From contig NZ_JAODNM010000167.1 of the NCBI RefSeq assembly GCF_025464955.1, forward strand, positions 66,947 to 130,946: a stretch of 64,000 nt of DNA, written 5' to 3'. Under the pieces are notes generated by a model. The model was not told the DNA's origin. It saw only the letters and a program-made list of their open reading frames with translations, and ran no database searches. Of this stretch, positions 40,339-49,415 are shown piece by piece; position 1 is the stretch's first letter, and each line of letters begins with the position of its first letter. Both the position numbers and the translations under genes were made by a program. Origin of the DNA: Amycolatopsis sp. Its GTDB lineage: Bacteria > Actinomycetota > Actinomycetes > Mycobacteriales > Pseudonocardiaceae.

Positions 40339-41304
40339 TCAGCGCAGCCCTGCCACCTCCCGCAGGTCCCTGACCAGCACTTCTTCGTCGGCGAGCCGAG
40401 GATCGAGGCCCTTGCCGCGGAACCAGCCCGCGATGTTGCGGACGTCCCTGGCGAGGAACTCGCCGCCGGCCGGGTTGGCGACCACGTCGACGATCTGCGG
40501 TAGGTCGATCACCACTACCCGTCCCTTGTGGACGAGCAGGTTGTACGCGGACAGGTCGCCGTGGCAGAGCCCTTCGGCGGCAAGGAGTTCCACCGCGGAC
40601 ACGGTCTGGTGCCAGAGCTCGGTCAGTTCGTCCGGACCGGGCCGGGACTCGGCCAGCCTCGGTGCCGCGATGCCTTCGCCGTCACCGAGGAATTCCAGCA
40701 GCAGTTCGGTGCCGTGCTGCTGCACCGGGTAGGGCACCGGGGCCCCGACCGTCCACAAACGACTCAGTGCGGTGAACTCCGCGGCCGCCCACTGCTCGGC
40801 GATCAGGTTGCGGCCGAACGCGCTGCGGCTCTCCATCGCGCGCATCTCGCGGGAACGCCGCACTCGGCGTCCTTCGAGGTAACCGGCGTCACGGTGGAAG
40901 AGTCGGTGTTCGTCGCTGCGGTAGCGCTTGGCCGCGAGCAAACCGCCTTTCGAGCCGTCGGGCAGCTCCCGGCGGACGAGGTGGACGTCGGCCTCTTTGC
41001 CGGTTTTGAGCACCCCGAGTTCGGTGTCCACGGCGGCCAGTTCGGTGACCACCCAGTCGGGCCGGGGCCGCGGGCCGCGGACGGCGTCATCCCAGGTCGA
41101 CCAGCGGTCTCCGCCGCCGGGGATGGCGTGCTCGGTATAGGCGTCCTCGCGCAGCCTGGCCAACCTGGCGCGTTCGTCCAGGGTGAGGCGTCCGCTTCGG
41201 TTGGGCGCCGGTTCGTCGTCGAAACGGGCGCGCCGGGACTTGCGCCGGCCGGCCGGGTCGGTGTCGGGGTGGTTGTCGAGATAGTCGAAATCGTGCTCGC
41301 GCAC
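40339..41304 (-). CDS. RIO1-family atypical kinase/ATPase
   Basis: LKTGKEADV, AAKRY, EF.AL, VPYP, HGDLSAYN, IDLPQ, RDVRN. Confidence 0.92.
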   Translation of the reverse strand: MREHDFDYLDNHPDTDPAGRRKSRRARFDDEPAPNRSGRLTLDERARLARLREDAYTEHAIPGGGDRWSTWDDAVRGPRPRPDWVVTELAAVDTELGVLKTGKEADVHLVRRELPDGSKGGLLAAKRYRSDEHRLFHRDAGYLEGRRVRRSREMRAMESRSAFGRNLIAEQWAAAEFTALSRLWTVGAPVPYPVQQHGTELLLEFLGDGEGIAAPRLAESRPGPDELTELWHQTVSAVELLAAEGLCHGDLSAYNLLVHKGRVVVIDLPQIVDVVANPAGGEFLARDVRNIAGWFRGKGLDPRLADEEVLVRDLREVAGLR

Positions 41305-41355
41305 TGGTGGGCTCCTAGAACAGGAAGGGGTGCCCCACCGGGCGAGCGGAAAGCG

Positions 41356-41415
41356 CTACCGGCCCCGGGGGGCGGATGGGCAGGGGACGTCGACGCCCCG
41401 GACAGTCGGCTCCAC
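41356..41415 (-). CDS. Putative leader peptide (uORF) MEPTVRGVDVPCPSAPRGR upstream of the RIO kinase
   Basis: GAGGAGG RBS (41422-41428) before GTG 41415; stop 41356; lies between promoter and rio RBS. Confidence 0.5.
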   Translation of the reverse strand: MEPTVRGVDVPCPSAPRGR

Positions 41416-41463
41416 AGGGCACCTCCTCGCTGCGCACACCCGGCTTCCTGCCGGACACGGGCG

Positions 41464-41501
41464 ATTTTTCCCGCCCGCGCGCCGGGGCGCAACCGAATTA
41501 A
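41464..41501 (-). promoter_or_regulatory. WhiB7/WblC-like promoter of the rio leader
   Basis: Minus strand TTAATT-cgg-TTGCGC-N17-AAAAAT: AT tract 3 nt upstream of the -35. Confidence 0.55.
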
Positions 41502-41538
41502 CCTGGGCTCGGCACACACCGATGAGCAGGAGGCGTGG

Positions 41539-43080
41539 ATGAAGTCCTACGACGTGGTGATCGTCGGCGGCGGGCACAACGGCCTGGTCGCGGCGGGCTA
41601 CCTGGCCAAGGCGGGGCGCTCGGTCCTGGTGCTCGAACGCCGCGGGGAGGTGGGCGGCGCGGCGGTGTCGTTCCGGGCGTTCCCCGGGGTCGACGTGCGG
41701 CTTTCGCGGTACTCGTACCTGGTCAGCCTGCTGCCGCGCAAGATCATCGCGGAGCTGGGGCTGTCCGTCGACCTGCGCCGGCGTCGGATGTCGTCCTACA
41801 CGCCGGTCGGTTCGGCCGGGCTGCTCGCCGACACCGGCGACGAGGCGCGGACGGCCGCGTCCTTCGCCGCGGTCAGCGGGTCGCCGAAGGAGTTCGACGC
41901 GTGGCAGCGGTTCTACGCGATGACCGCCCGGGTCGCCGAGCGCACCTTCTCCACGCTCACCGAACCCCTGCTGGGCAAGGAAGAACTGCGCGCGCGAGTC
42001 GACGACGAGCAGGCGTGGTCGTCGCTGTTCGAACGGCCCGCCAGCGAGACGCTCGAAGCGATGTTCGGAAACGACACCGTGCGCGGCGTCGTACTCACCG
42101 ACGCGCTCATCGGCACCTTTGCCGCCGCGGACGACGTCGACCTGCGGCAGAACCGGTGCCTGCTCTACCACGTGATCGGCAACGAGACCGGCGACTGGGA
42201 TATCCCGGTGGGCGGGATGGGCGCGGTGACCGGCGCGCTCGCCGAGTCCGCCCGCCGCGCCGGCGCGGAGTTCCGGACCGGCGCCGAGGTCGTCGCGATC
42301 GATCCGGACGGTGAGGTGCGGTTTCGCCACGACGATGGCGAACAGGATGGCGAACAGGTGGTGCACGGCGGACGCGTCCTCGCGAACGTCGCCCCGTGGA
42401 CACTGGCGAGGCTGCTCGGCGAGGAAGCCGGGGACTCGCCCGAAGGCGCGCAGCTCAAGGTGAACATGGTGCTCAAGCGGCTGCCTCGGCTGCGGGAGAC
42501 CGGTCTCGACCCACGGGAGGCGTTCGGCGGGACCTTCCACGTCAACGAGGGCTACACGCAGCTGGCGACGGCGTTCGCGGAGGCGGACTCCGGGCGGATC
42601 CCGTCGTTGCCGCCGTGCGAGATCTATTGCCACTCGCTGACCGATCCGTCGATCCTCGGCCCGGTCGAACGCGCGGCCGGCGCTCAGACGCTGACACTGT
42701 TCGGTCTGCATATGCCCGCGAGGCTCTTCGCTGGACGTAACGACCAGGCCCGCGCGGAGGCGTTGAAGGCGACGCTGGCTTCGCTCAACAGCGTGCTGGC
42801 GGAACCGATCGAGGACTGCCTGTGGACCACACCCGACGGCGAACCGTGCGTCGAGGCGAAGACACCGGTGGACCTCGAGGAGGAACTAGGCCTGCCGGCC
42901 GGGCACATCTTCCATCGCGACCTGTCGTGGCCCTTTGCCTCGGATCCTGAGCAGGTGGGGAAGTGGGGCGTCGAAACGGCCCACCCGCGGATCCTCCTGT
43001 GCGGCGCGGGCGCCCAACGCGGCGGCGGAGTCAGCGGTATCCCTGGCCACAACGCCGCCATGTCCGTCCTCCACCCCTGA
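41539..43080 (+). CDS. Phytoene dehydrogenase-like FAD oxidoreductase
   Basis: DVVIVGGGHNGLVAA, SRYSYLVSL, P.GGMG, GHIFH, GGGVSGIPGHNAA. Confidence 0.9.
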   Translation: MKSYDVVIVGGGHNGLVAAGYLAKAGRSVLVLERRGEVGGAAVSFRAFPGVDVRLSRYSYLVSLLPRKIIAELGLSVDLRRRRMSSYTPVGSAGLLADTGDEARTAASFAAVSGSPKEFDAWQRFYAMTARVAERTFSTLTEPLLGKEELRARVDDEQAWSSLFERPASETLEAMFGNDTVRGVVLTDALIGTFAAADDVDLRQNRCLLYHVIGNETGDWDIPVGGMGAVTGALAESARRAGAEFRTGAEVVAIDPDGEVRFRHDDGEQDGEQVVHGGRVLANVAPWTLARLLGEEAGDSPEGAQLKVNMVLKRLPRLRETGLDPREAFGGTFHVNEGYTQLATAFAEADSGRIPSLPPCEIYCHSLTDPSILGPVERAAGAQTLTLFGLHMPARLFAGRNDQARAEALKATLASLNSVLAEPIEDCLWTTPDGEPCVEAKTPVDLEEELGLPAGHIFHRDLSWPFASDPEQVGKWGVETAHPRILLCGAGAQRGGGVSGIPGHNAAMSVLHP

Positions 43081-43502
43081 CCCGGGCTCGCACGCGGGCT
43101 CCCGAGCGGGCACTTTTGTACTTTTGTGCCCCTTCGGTCGTATCCGTGGGTCCGCGACGCCTCAGTGGGTGCGGGGTGATGTGGCTGGTGAGGTTCTCGA
43201 GGTCAGCGGGCGTGGTCGGCTGTCGGTGACTGTCCCACGCTCAGCTCCGGACACCGGCTTTCGCGGTACACCGACGCGACCGGCTGGCCTTCGCACCTGC
43301 CAGGGTCTCCTCGCCCGCCCCGGTCCGTGCTGCGGTAAAACGCAGCCAGTCCATATCAACCAGCACCCACGGATAGCTCAGGAGAGCCACTTTTGTGCCG
43401 TCGTTGAGCCTTCAAGCAGGGCACTCTTGTGCAAAAGTGCCCTCGTTGCACGCGCGTGTAACCCGCGCGCGCAAGGACCGCAACTCGACGGCGAGTTGCG
43501 GT
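43081..43502. repeat. Intergenic mosaic 4: IR-bounded D segment, E palindromes, A palindrome
   Basis: TATCCGTGGG (43141)...CCCACGGATA (43375); D module 43232-43390 matches 50660-50779; GTTGAGCCTTCAAG plus E at 43403-43441; A at 43477-43502. Confidence 0.85.
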
Positions 43503-43541
43503 GGCCGGCGCCCCCGGCCGACGACTTCTCGCCGGCGAGGT

Positions 43542-44288
43542 TCAGTCCCCGGTGAGCAGCTCCAGGCTGTACTCGCCGGTCCGCTCGACCCGTAGCCCCG
43601 CGCGGGAAACCACCGTCAGCAGTTGGTCCACAGTGGAGGGATCGCGCGGGGACCTGGCCAGCACCGCGGCCAGTTTTCCCTTGTAGGCCTTGTTGAAGTG
43701 GCTGACCGTCGTGCGATTGCCCGCCGCGTCCTCGGTGACGACGCGGACGGTCACCGCGTCCGGGCGCAGCTTCGCCAGCGCCGCGTACGTACCCGAGCGC
43801 AGGTCCACCACGAGTCCGTCGATCCCGCGAAGTACCGGCTCGAGCGTCGGCTTCCACAGACTGCGGATGGTGCCGAGCGCGGGCAGCGAGCTGCCGCCGG
43901 AAAGCCGGTAGGCCGGGATCCGGTCGGTGCCGGAGACGACGCCGAACAGCGCTGAAGCCACCGCCAGCCGGCGTTTCGCCTTTTCCAGCGCGGGCTTGCG
44001 GAAGCTCTTCAGGTCGAGCGCGTCGTAGAGGACGCCGGTGTAGCGCCGCAGCCCCGGCATGGTCGGGGACGTCCACAGCTCGGTGTTGCGCGCGACCTCG
44101 TCCGCCTGTCGCTCGGTGATGCCGAGCGCGGTGAGGCTGGCCGGCACGTCGGCGGCGAGGTCCACCAGTGCTTCGGCGAGCTTGCGCCGGACGGGGGTCA
44201 GTTCGGGGAACGCCAGCGAGTCGAGATCGAGCGGCGGCCCGTCGCCGCCGTCGGCCTTGGTCTCGGAAGGGGGGAGCAGCACCAGCAC
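43542..44288 (-). CDS. yaaA: Peroxide stress protein YaaA (DUF328)
   Basis: LLPPSETK, RYTGVLYDALD, SALFG, IPAYRL, DLRS..Y, SHFNKAYKG. Confidence 0.9.
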   Translation of the reverse strand: MLVLLPPSETKADGGDGPPLDLDSLAFPELTPVRRKLAEALVDLAADVPASLTALGITERQADEVARNTELWTSPTMPGLRRYTGVLYDALDLKSFRKPALEKAKRRLAVASALFGVVSGTDRIPAYRLSGGSSLPALGTIRSLWKPTLEPVLRGIDGLVVDLRSGTYAALAKLRPDAVTVRVVTEDAAGNRTTVSHFNKAYKGKLAAVLARSPRDPSTVDQLLTVVSRAGLRVERTGEYSLELLTGD

Positions 44289-44307
44289 CCATCCAGGGTA
44301 CGGCGGG

Positions 44308-44346
44308 ATAAATCGGATGCGGCGGCCGGAGGCGGGAACCTAGGCT
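44308..44346 (+). promoter_or_regulatory. WhiB7/WblC-like leaderless promoter of the GNAT gene
   Basis: ATAAAT-cgg-ATGCGG-N18-TAGGCT-N6-ATG. Confidence 0.55.
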
Positions 44347-44352
44347 CGGCGG

Positions 44353-45315
44353 ATGGACCTCCTCTGGCGCCCGCTGACCTTCGACGACATGGCAGCGTTG
44401 GCCGAGATGTATGCCACCGCCGAGGTGGTGGACCCGACCGGCGAGCACTACAGCGCCGAGGACCTCGCCGAGGAGCTGTCCGCCCCGGGGATAGACCTCG
44501 CCTCGGCCAGCACGTCGGCTTGGGACGGCGAGCGGCTCGTCGCGTATGCCTACCCCGTGGTGCGTGCCGCGGCCGATCCGGTCCACCTGCTCCGGTCCGA
44601 CGCCCTCGTGCACCCGGACTATCGGGATGAGGCCATCGGAACTCACCTGATCGAGTGGCTTGTCCAGTCGGCCAAGGCCGTGCACGAACGCGCCTTCCCC
44701 AGCGCGCCGTTGGAACTGCATGCCGGGGCCTATGACAGCCAACAGTGGTACACGGGAGTTCTTCAGGCGGCCGGGTTCGAAGTCTCGCGGACCTTCGCCG
44801 ACATGCGGGCCGACCTCGCCGACTTGCCGCCGGCGCAGCCGTTGCCGAGTGAGTACCCACTGGTGCGGTACGAGCAGAAGTACGAAGAGCTGATGCGGCA
44901 GGCCCGCAACGACACCTTTTCCCGTCATTGGGGCAGCACGGTCCAATCGCCCGAAGGCTGGCGGCACCTGATCACCGGAAGCAAGGACTTCGTCCCCGAG
45001 CTGACATTCCTGCTGCTGTCAGAGGCCAAGGACGAGGTGCTCGCCTTCGTGCAGAGCTCGTTCTACGCCTCCGATGCGGCCGCGACCGGGGTCCGCGAGC
45101 TGCACATCGGCCACGTCGGCACCCGCGACGCACTGCGCGGACGTGGTGTCGCGACGGCTCTGCTCGGCTACACACTCGCCGAGGGGAAGGCCGCAGGCTA
45201 CGAACGCGCTTCGCTCTCTGTGGACGTCGAAAACGCCGGCGGTGCGCTTGGCATCTACGAGCGCTGCGGCTTTCACGTGGCCCAGCGCACCTTCGTCTAC
45301 ATCAAACCGCTGTAA
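44353..45315 (+). CDS. Tandem-domain GNAT acetyltransferase
   Basis: VHPDYR...IG; VGT...RGRGVATALL; L.VD.EN..GALGIYERCGF. Confidence 0.88.
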   Translation: MDLLWRPLTFDDMAALAEMYATAEVVDPTGEHYSAEDLAEELSAPGIDLASASTSAWDGERLVAYAYPVVRAAADPVHLLRSDALVHPDYRDEAIGTHLIEWLVQSAKAVHERAFPSAPLELHAGAYDSQQWYTGVLQAAGFEVSRTFADMRADLADLPPAQPLPSEYPLVRYEQKYEELMRQARNDTFSRHWGSTVQSPEGWRHLITGSKDFVPELTFLLLSEAKDEVLAFVQSSFYASDAAATGVRELHIGHVGTRDALRGRGVATALLGYTLAEGKAAGYERASLSVDVENAGGALGIYERCGFHVAQRTFVYIKPL

Positions 45316-46201
45316 CGAGGTTCAGGAGGTCCTCACCGGCGGCGAAGCGGCGGAGCTGCTCTTCGACGAGCCGCTTCGCGCGCGGATAGAACGACGCCGA
45401 ACCGCCGGCGATGTGCGGCGTGATGATGACGCCCGACATTGTCCACAAAGGATGGTCGCGCGGCAGCGGCTCGGGGTCGACGACGTCGAGCGCGGCGCGG
45501 ATCCGGCCGGTGGAGACCTCCTTGAGCAGGGCGTCGGTGTCGATCGCGGTACCGCGGCCAACGTTGACGACCAAGGCGTCTTCGGGCAGCGCGGCGAGTT
45601 CCGCCGCCCCGATGATCCCGCGGGTGGCCTCGGTGTCCGGCAGGATCAGCACCACGATGTCGGCTTCGGGGAGCAGCTCGGGCAGCTCCGCGATCCCGTG
45701 CGCACCCGGCCGTGCCGTCGACGCGACCGGTACGACGACGGCCTCCGCGGCCAGCAACTGTCGCTCGATGGCCTTGCCGATCGACCCGTGGCCCACCAGC
45801 AGCACGCGGCTGTCGGCCAGCGAGCGGGTGTGCTCGCGCTCCCACGAACCGCTCGCCTGCTGCCGGATCCACCGCGGCAGGTCGCGCTGCGCGGCGTGGA
45901 TGAGCGCGAGCGCGTGCTCCGCGACGCTGAGATCGTGCAAGCCCCGACCGTTGGCGAGTCTGACCCCGGTGGGCATGAGCGGCAGGAGCGTGTCCACCCC
46001 TGCCGACAGCGACTGCGCGAACCGCAGCGATGGCAGCCGCGCGATGAGCTTCGCCGGCTCGGAACCGCTGTCATACGGCAGGACGTAGAACTCGACACCG
46101 TCGACGTCGTTCGGCGGCGCGCCGGTGGCGTCCCAGACCTCGACCGGCAGCCCCGCCGGGATCGCGATATCGGACCAGGGGATCAGCGCGCGGCTCGTCA
46201 T
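45302..46201 (-). CDS. D-isomer specific 2-hydroxyacid dehydrogenase
   Basis: VAEHA, VGHGSIG, VNVGRG, LDVVDPEPLP, TPHIAG. Confidence 0.93.
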   Translation of the reverse strand: MTSRALIPWSDIAIPAGLPVEVWDATGAPPNDVDGVEFYVLPYDSGSEPAKLIARLPSLRFAQSLSAGVDTLLPLMPTGVRLANGRGLHDLSVAEHALALIHAAQRDLPRWIRQQASGSWEREHTRSLADSRVLLVGHGSIGKAIERQLLAAEAVVVPVASTARPGAHGIAELPELLPEADIVVLILPDTEATRGIIGAAELAALPEDALVVNVGRGTAIDTDALLKEVSTGRIRAALDVVDPEPLPRDHPLWTMSGVIITPHIAGGSASFYPRAKRLVEEQLRRFAAGEDLLNLVTAV

Positions 46202-46208
46202 GGGTCCA

Positions 46209-47345
46209 TTAGACCTGCTGGACGGCGAGCCGCCACAAGGTGACCTCTTCCGCGGCCCGGGCGGCGGCGAGGTGGTCTTCGCCGTCGTACGAGCGGGGGT
46301 GATCCGGCCGGGTCGTGGTGTGGCCGAGCACCGTCAGCCCGGCTTTGCCGAACAGGTCGAGCAGGACTTCCCGGGTGCGCAGACCGAGCAGCTCGGCCAG
46401 GTCCGACAGCACCAGCCAAGCCTCGCCGCCGGGGGCGAGGTGCTCCGGCAGGTCCCGCAGGAACGTCGCCAGCATGCGGCCGCCCTGGTCGTAGACGCCC
46501 GTGTCCAGCGGTGACGCCGGGGTCACCGGCAACCACGGCGGGTTGCAGACCACCAGCTCGGCGCGACCGGCCGGGAAGAGGTCGGTCTCGACGACGGCCA
46601 CCTGGTCGGTAATCCCCAGCCGGCGCACGTTGTCCACGGCACAGGCAGCCGCGCGCGGCGCGTTGTCGGTGGCCACCACCTGCTTGACCCCGTGCCGGAC
46701 GAGCAGCGCGGCGAGCACGCCCGTTCCGGTACCGATGTCGAATGCCGTCGCGGGGACGTCCACGCGGGTGAGCTCGTTCGCGACCAGGTCGACGTACTCG
46801 TTGCGGGTCGGCGCGAACACCCCGTAGTGCGGGTAGATCCGGGCATCCAGCGCGGGCACCTCGACGCCGTTCAGCCGCCACTGGCGGGCCCCGATGGCGC
46901 CCAGCAGCTCCTGCAAGGAAACGACGCCGTGACCGGACCGCTCGCCGTACGCCTCCAGACACGCAGTGCGCACGTCCGGCGAGCGTGGCAGATCGAGCAC
47001 GAAATCCTCGTCGAGCTCCATCAGGAGCAGACCGAGGATCCGGGCGCGATGGGTCCTCGACTGGCGATACCGGTAGAAGGCGCCTGCCGGATCGTCGACG
47101 GACTTCAGCTGCTTACGGTCCAGCCGCCGCTTCAGCGCGTCGAGTAGCTGACGCGCGTTGCGGAAGTCGCCGCGCCACAGCATTCCCACGCCCTCCGACG
47201 CGTAGCGCAGGGCGTCTTCGGCGCGTAGTTCGTCGTCGACGACCTCGACGTTCCGCGGCGGCTTCGACTTGCCGGTGGTGAGCCAGGGCTCGGTGCGGGA
47301 AAGCGCGTTTTCGCGCCAGGTGAGGGTTTGGCCGTGCTGTTCCAC
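46209..47345 (-). CDS. Class I SAM-dependent methyltransferase (MTS/HemK-like)
   Basis: HYGVFAPTR.EY, FDIGTGTGVLA, VCNPPW. Confidence 0.88.
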   Translation of the reverse strand: MEQHGQTLTWRENALSRTEPWLTTGKSKPPRNVEVVDDELRAEDALRYASEGVGMLWRGDFRNARQLLDALKRRLDRKQLKSVDDPAGAFYRYRQSRTHRARILGLLLMELDEDFVLDLPRSPDVRTACLEAYGERSGHGVVSLQELLGAIGARQWRLNGVEVPALDARIYPHYGVFAPTRNEYVDLVANELTRVDVPATAFDIGTGTGVLAALLVRHGVKQVVATDNAPRAAACAVDNVRRLGITDQVAVVETDLFPAGRAELVVCNPPWLPVTPASPLDTGVYDQGGRMLATFLRDLPEHLAPGGEAWLVLSDLAELLGLRTREVLLDLFGKAGLTVLGHTTTRPDHPRSYDGEDHLAAARAAEEVTLWRLAVQQV

Positions 47346-47453
47346 GAAAGACTCCTGAAAGGGGAGCCGTCTTCGAACCGGGATGTCCGCGCGCTGGGGA
47401 AGCCGTGAACGTGTAACCGTCCGCAGACGGCAAGTGGGTAGGACCCATGGCCG

Positions 47454-47495
47454 TCAGACAGACGGCGGCCACCAATCCAAAGCCACTGGGAACAC
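47454..47495 (-). CDS. Putative leaderless leader peptide MFPVALDWWPPSV
   Basis: GTG 7 nt after a -10 TAGAGT (47503-47508); 13 codons to TGA; followed by a structured ~110-nt region before the methyltransferase RBS. Confidence 0.45.
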   Translation of the reverse strand: MFPVALDWWPPSV

Positions 47496-47505
47496 GCCGG
47501 ACACT

Positions 47506-47568
47506 CTACCCGGATTGCGCCACGCAGAACTCGTTGCCTTCCGGGTCGGCCGGCATCGTGGTCCGGAA
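47506..47568 (-). pseudogene. 3' relic of a VOC/glyoxalase gene
   Basis: Translates FRTTMPADPEGNEFCVAQSG*; ADPEGNEFCV is the canonical VOC C-terminal motif; frame closed upstream at 47614-47616. Confidence 0.65.
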
Positions 47569-47662
47569 GCCCGCGGGCGCGATAACCGGTTGAACCGGAC
47601 CCCGGGGTATTGACTACGCTGCGCAGAACGTCTATGACCGGCCTTGCCGCGAGGAGCCCGTA

Positions 47663-49411
47663 GTGATCACCAGGATGTCGTCGTTGTTCCTTCGCACTCT
47701 GCGCGAGGATCCGGCGGATGCCGAAGTGCCCAGCCACCGGCTGCTGGTCCGCGCCGGCTACATCCGCCGGGTCGCCCCGGGCGGGTATGCCTGGCTCCCG
47801 CTGGGCCTGCGCGTGCTGCGCAAGGTCGAGAACATCGTCCGTGAAGAGATGAACGCGATCGGCGCGCAGGAGATCCAGTTCCCCGCGCTGCTGCCGAGGG
47901 AGCCCTACGAGAAGACAGGCCGCTGGACCGAGTACGGCGACGGCCTGTTCCGCCTCAAGGACCGCAAGGGCGCGGACTACCTCCTCGCTCCGACGCACGA
48001 GGAGCTCTTCGCGCTCACGGTGAAGGGTGAGTACGGCTCGTACAAGGACTTTCCCGTTGTCCTGTACCAAATCCAGACCAAGTACCGCGACGAGGCGCGT
48101 CCCCGCGCGGGCATCCTGCGCGGCCGCGAGTTCCTGATGAAGGACTCGTACTCCTTCGACCTCGACGACGAGGGCCTGGAGCGGGCGTACCTGGCGCATC
48201 GCAATGCCTACATCAGCCTGTTCGACCGGCTCGGGCTCGAGTACGTCATCGTCGCCGCGACCTCGGGCGCGATGGGCGGTTCGGCCTCCGAGGAGTTCCT
48301 CGCCGTGGCCGAAAACGGTGAGGACACCTACGTCCGCAGCACGGAGTCCGACTATGCGGCCAACGTCGAGGCCGTGACGACGCCCGCGCCCGCCGAGAGG
48401 TCCCTCGAAGGCCTTCCCGCGGCGCAGGTGCACGAGACGCCGAACACGCCGACCATCGAGAAGCTCGTCGACTTCTTCAACGCCGCCGACCTGGGCCGCA
48501 CGTTCACCGCGGCGGACACGCTCAAGAACGTCCTGGTCAAGACCAAGCAGCCGGGCACCAAGGAGTGGCAGCTGCTCGGCATCGGCCTCCCCGGCGACCG
48601 CGAAGTCGACATGAAGCGCCTCGAAGCGTCGCTGGAGCCGGCCGAGGTCGAGATGATCGACGCTGCCGACTTCGCCGCCCACCCCTTCCTCGTGAAGGGC
48701 TACATCGGCCCGAAGTCCTTGAAGGACAACGGTGTCCGCTACCTCGTCGACCCCAGGGTGGTCACCGGGACGGCGTGGCTGACCGGTGCGGACAAGGACG
48801 GGCACCACGTCGTCGACCTCGTCGCCGGCCGCGACTTCACCCCCGACGGCACCATCGAGGCCGCCGAGGTCCGCGAGGGTGACGTCTCGCCGGATGGCCA
48901 GGGCACGCTCGTCGCCGCGCGTGGCATCGAGATCGGGCACATCTTCCAGCTCGGCCGCAAGTACACCGACGCCTTCGAGGTCGACGCGCTCGGCCCGGAC
49001 TCCAAGCCCATCCGGATCACCATGGGCTCCTACGGCGTCGGCGTCTCCCGCGTACTCGGCGTGCTCGCCGAGCAGAACCACGACGAAATCGGCCTGATCT
49101 GGCCGCGCGAGGTCTCGCCGTTCGACGTCCACGTCGTCATCGCGGGCAAGGACGACGCCTTGTCCGCGGGCGCGGAAAAGCTCTCCGCCGAGCTGGACGC
49201 GGCCGGGCTGAGCGTCGTCCTCGACGATCGCAAGGCCAGCCCGGGCGTGAAGTTCAAGGACGCCGAGCTCGTCGGCGTGCCGACCATCCTCGTCGTCGGG
49301 CGAGGCCTGGCGAACGGCCTGGTCGAGGTCAAGGACCGTCGGTCCGGCGACCGCGAGGAGATCGCGGTCGACGGTGTCGTCGAGCACCTGGTCAAGCTCG
49401 TCCGCGGCTGA
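47663..49411 (+). CDS. proS: Proline--tRNA ligase (3-domain type with editing domain)
   Basis: [59 protein letters not shown]. Confidence 0.98.
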   Translation: MITRMSSLFLRTLREDPADAEVPSHRLLVRAGYIRRVAPGGYAWLPLGLRVLRKVENIVREEMNAIGAQEIQFPALLPREPYEKTGRWTEYGDGLFRLKDRKGADYLLAPTHEELFALTVKGEYGSYKDFPVVLYQIQTKYRDEARPRAGILRGREFLMKDSYSFDLDDEGLERAYLAHRNAYISLFDRLGLEYVIVAATSGAMGGSASEEFLAVAENGEDTYVRSTESDYAANVEAVTTPAPAERSLEGLPAAQVHETPNTPTIEKLVDFFNAADLGRTFTAADTLKNVLVKTKQPGTKEWQLLGIGLPGDREVDMKRLEASLEPAEVEMIDAADFAAHPFLVKGYIGPKSLKDNGVRYLVDPRVVTGTAWLTGADKDGHHVVDLVAGRDFTPDGTIEAAEVREGDVSPDGQGTLVAARGIEIGHIFQLGRKYTDAFEVDALGPDSKPIRITMGSYGVGVSRVLGVLAEQNHDEIGLIWPREVSPFDVHVVIAGKDDALSAGAEKLSAELDAAGLSVVLDDRKASPGVKFKDAELVGVPTILVVGRGLANGLVEVKDRRSGDREEIAVDGVVEHLVKLVRG

Positions 49412-49415
49412 CAGC

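Noticed and set aside
40528-41538. N-terminal extension of the 850-aa ORF
   Set aside because: Antisense to rio; real start is ATG 41539 with AGGAGG RBS
41539-43080. Carotenoid biosynthesis gene
   Set aside because: No crtB/crtE nearby; generic phytoene-dehydrogenase-like family member
44281-44294. Module D fragment at the yaaA start (ACCAGCACCCATCC)
   Set aside because: Coincides with the start codons of yaaA; likely chance
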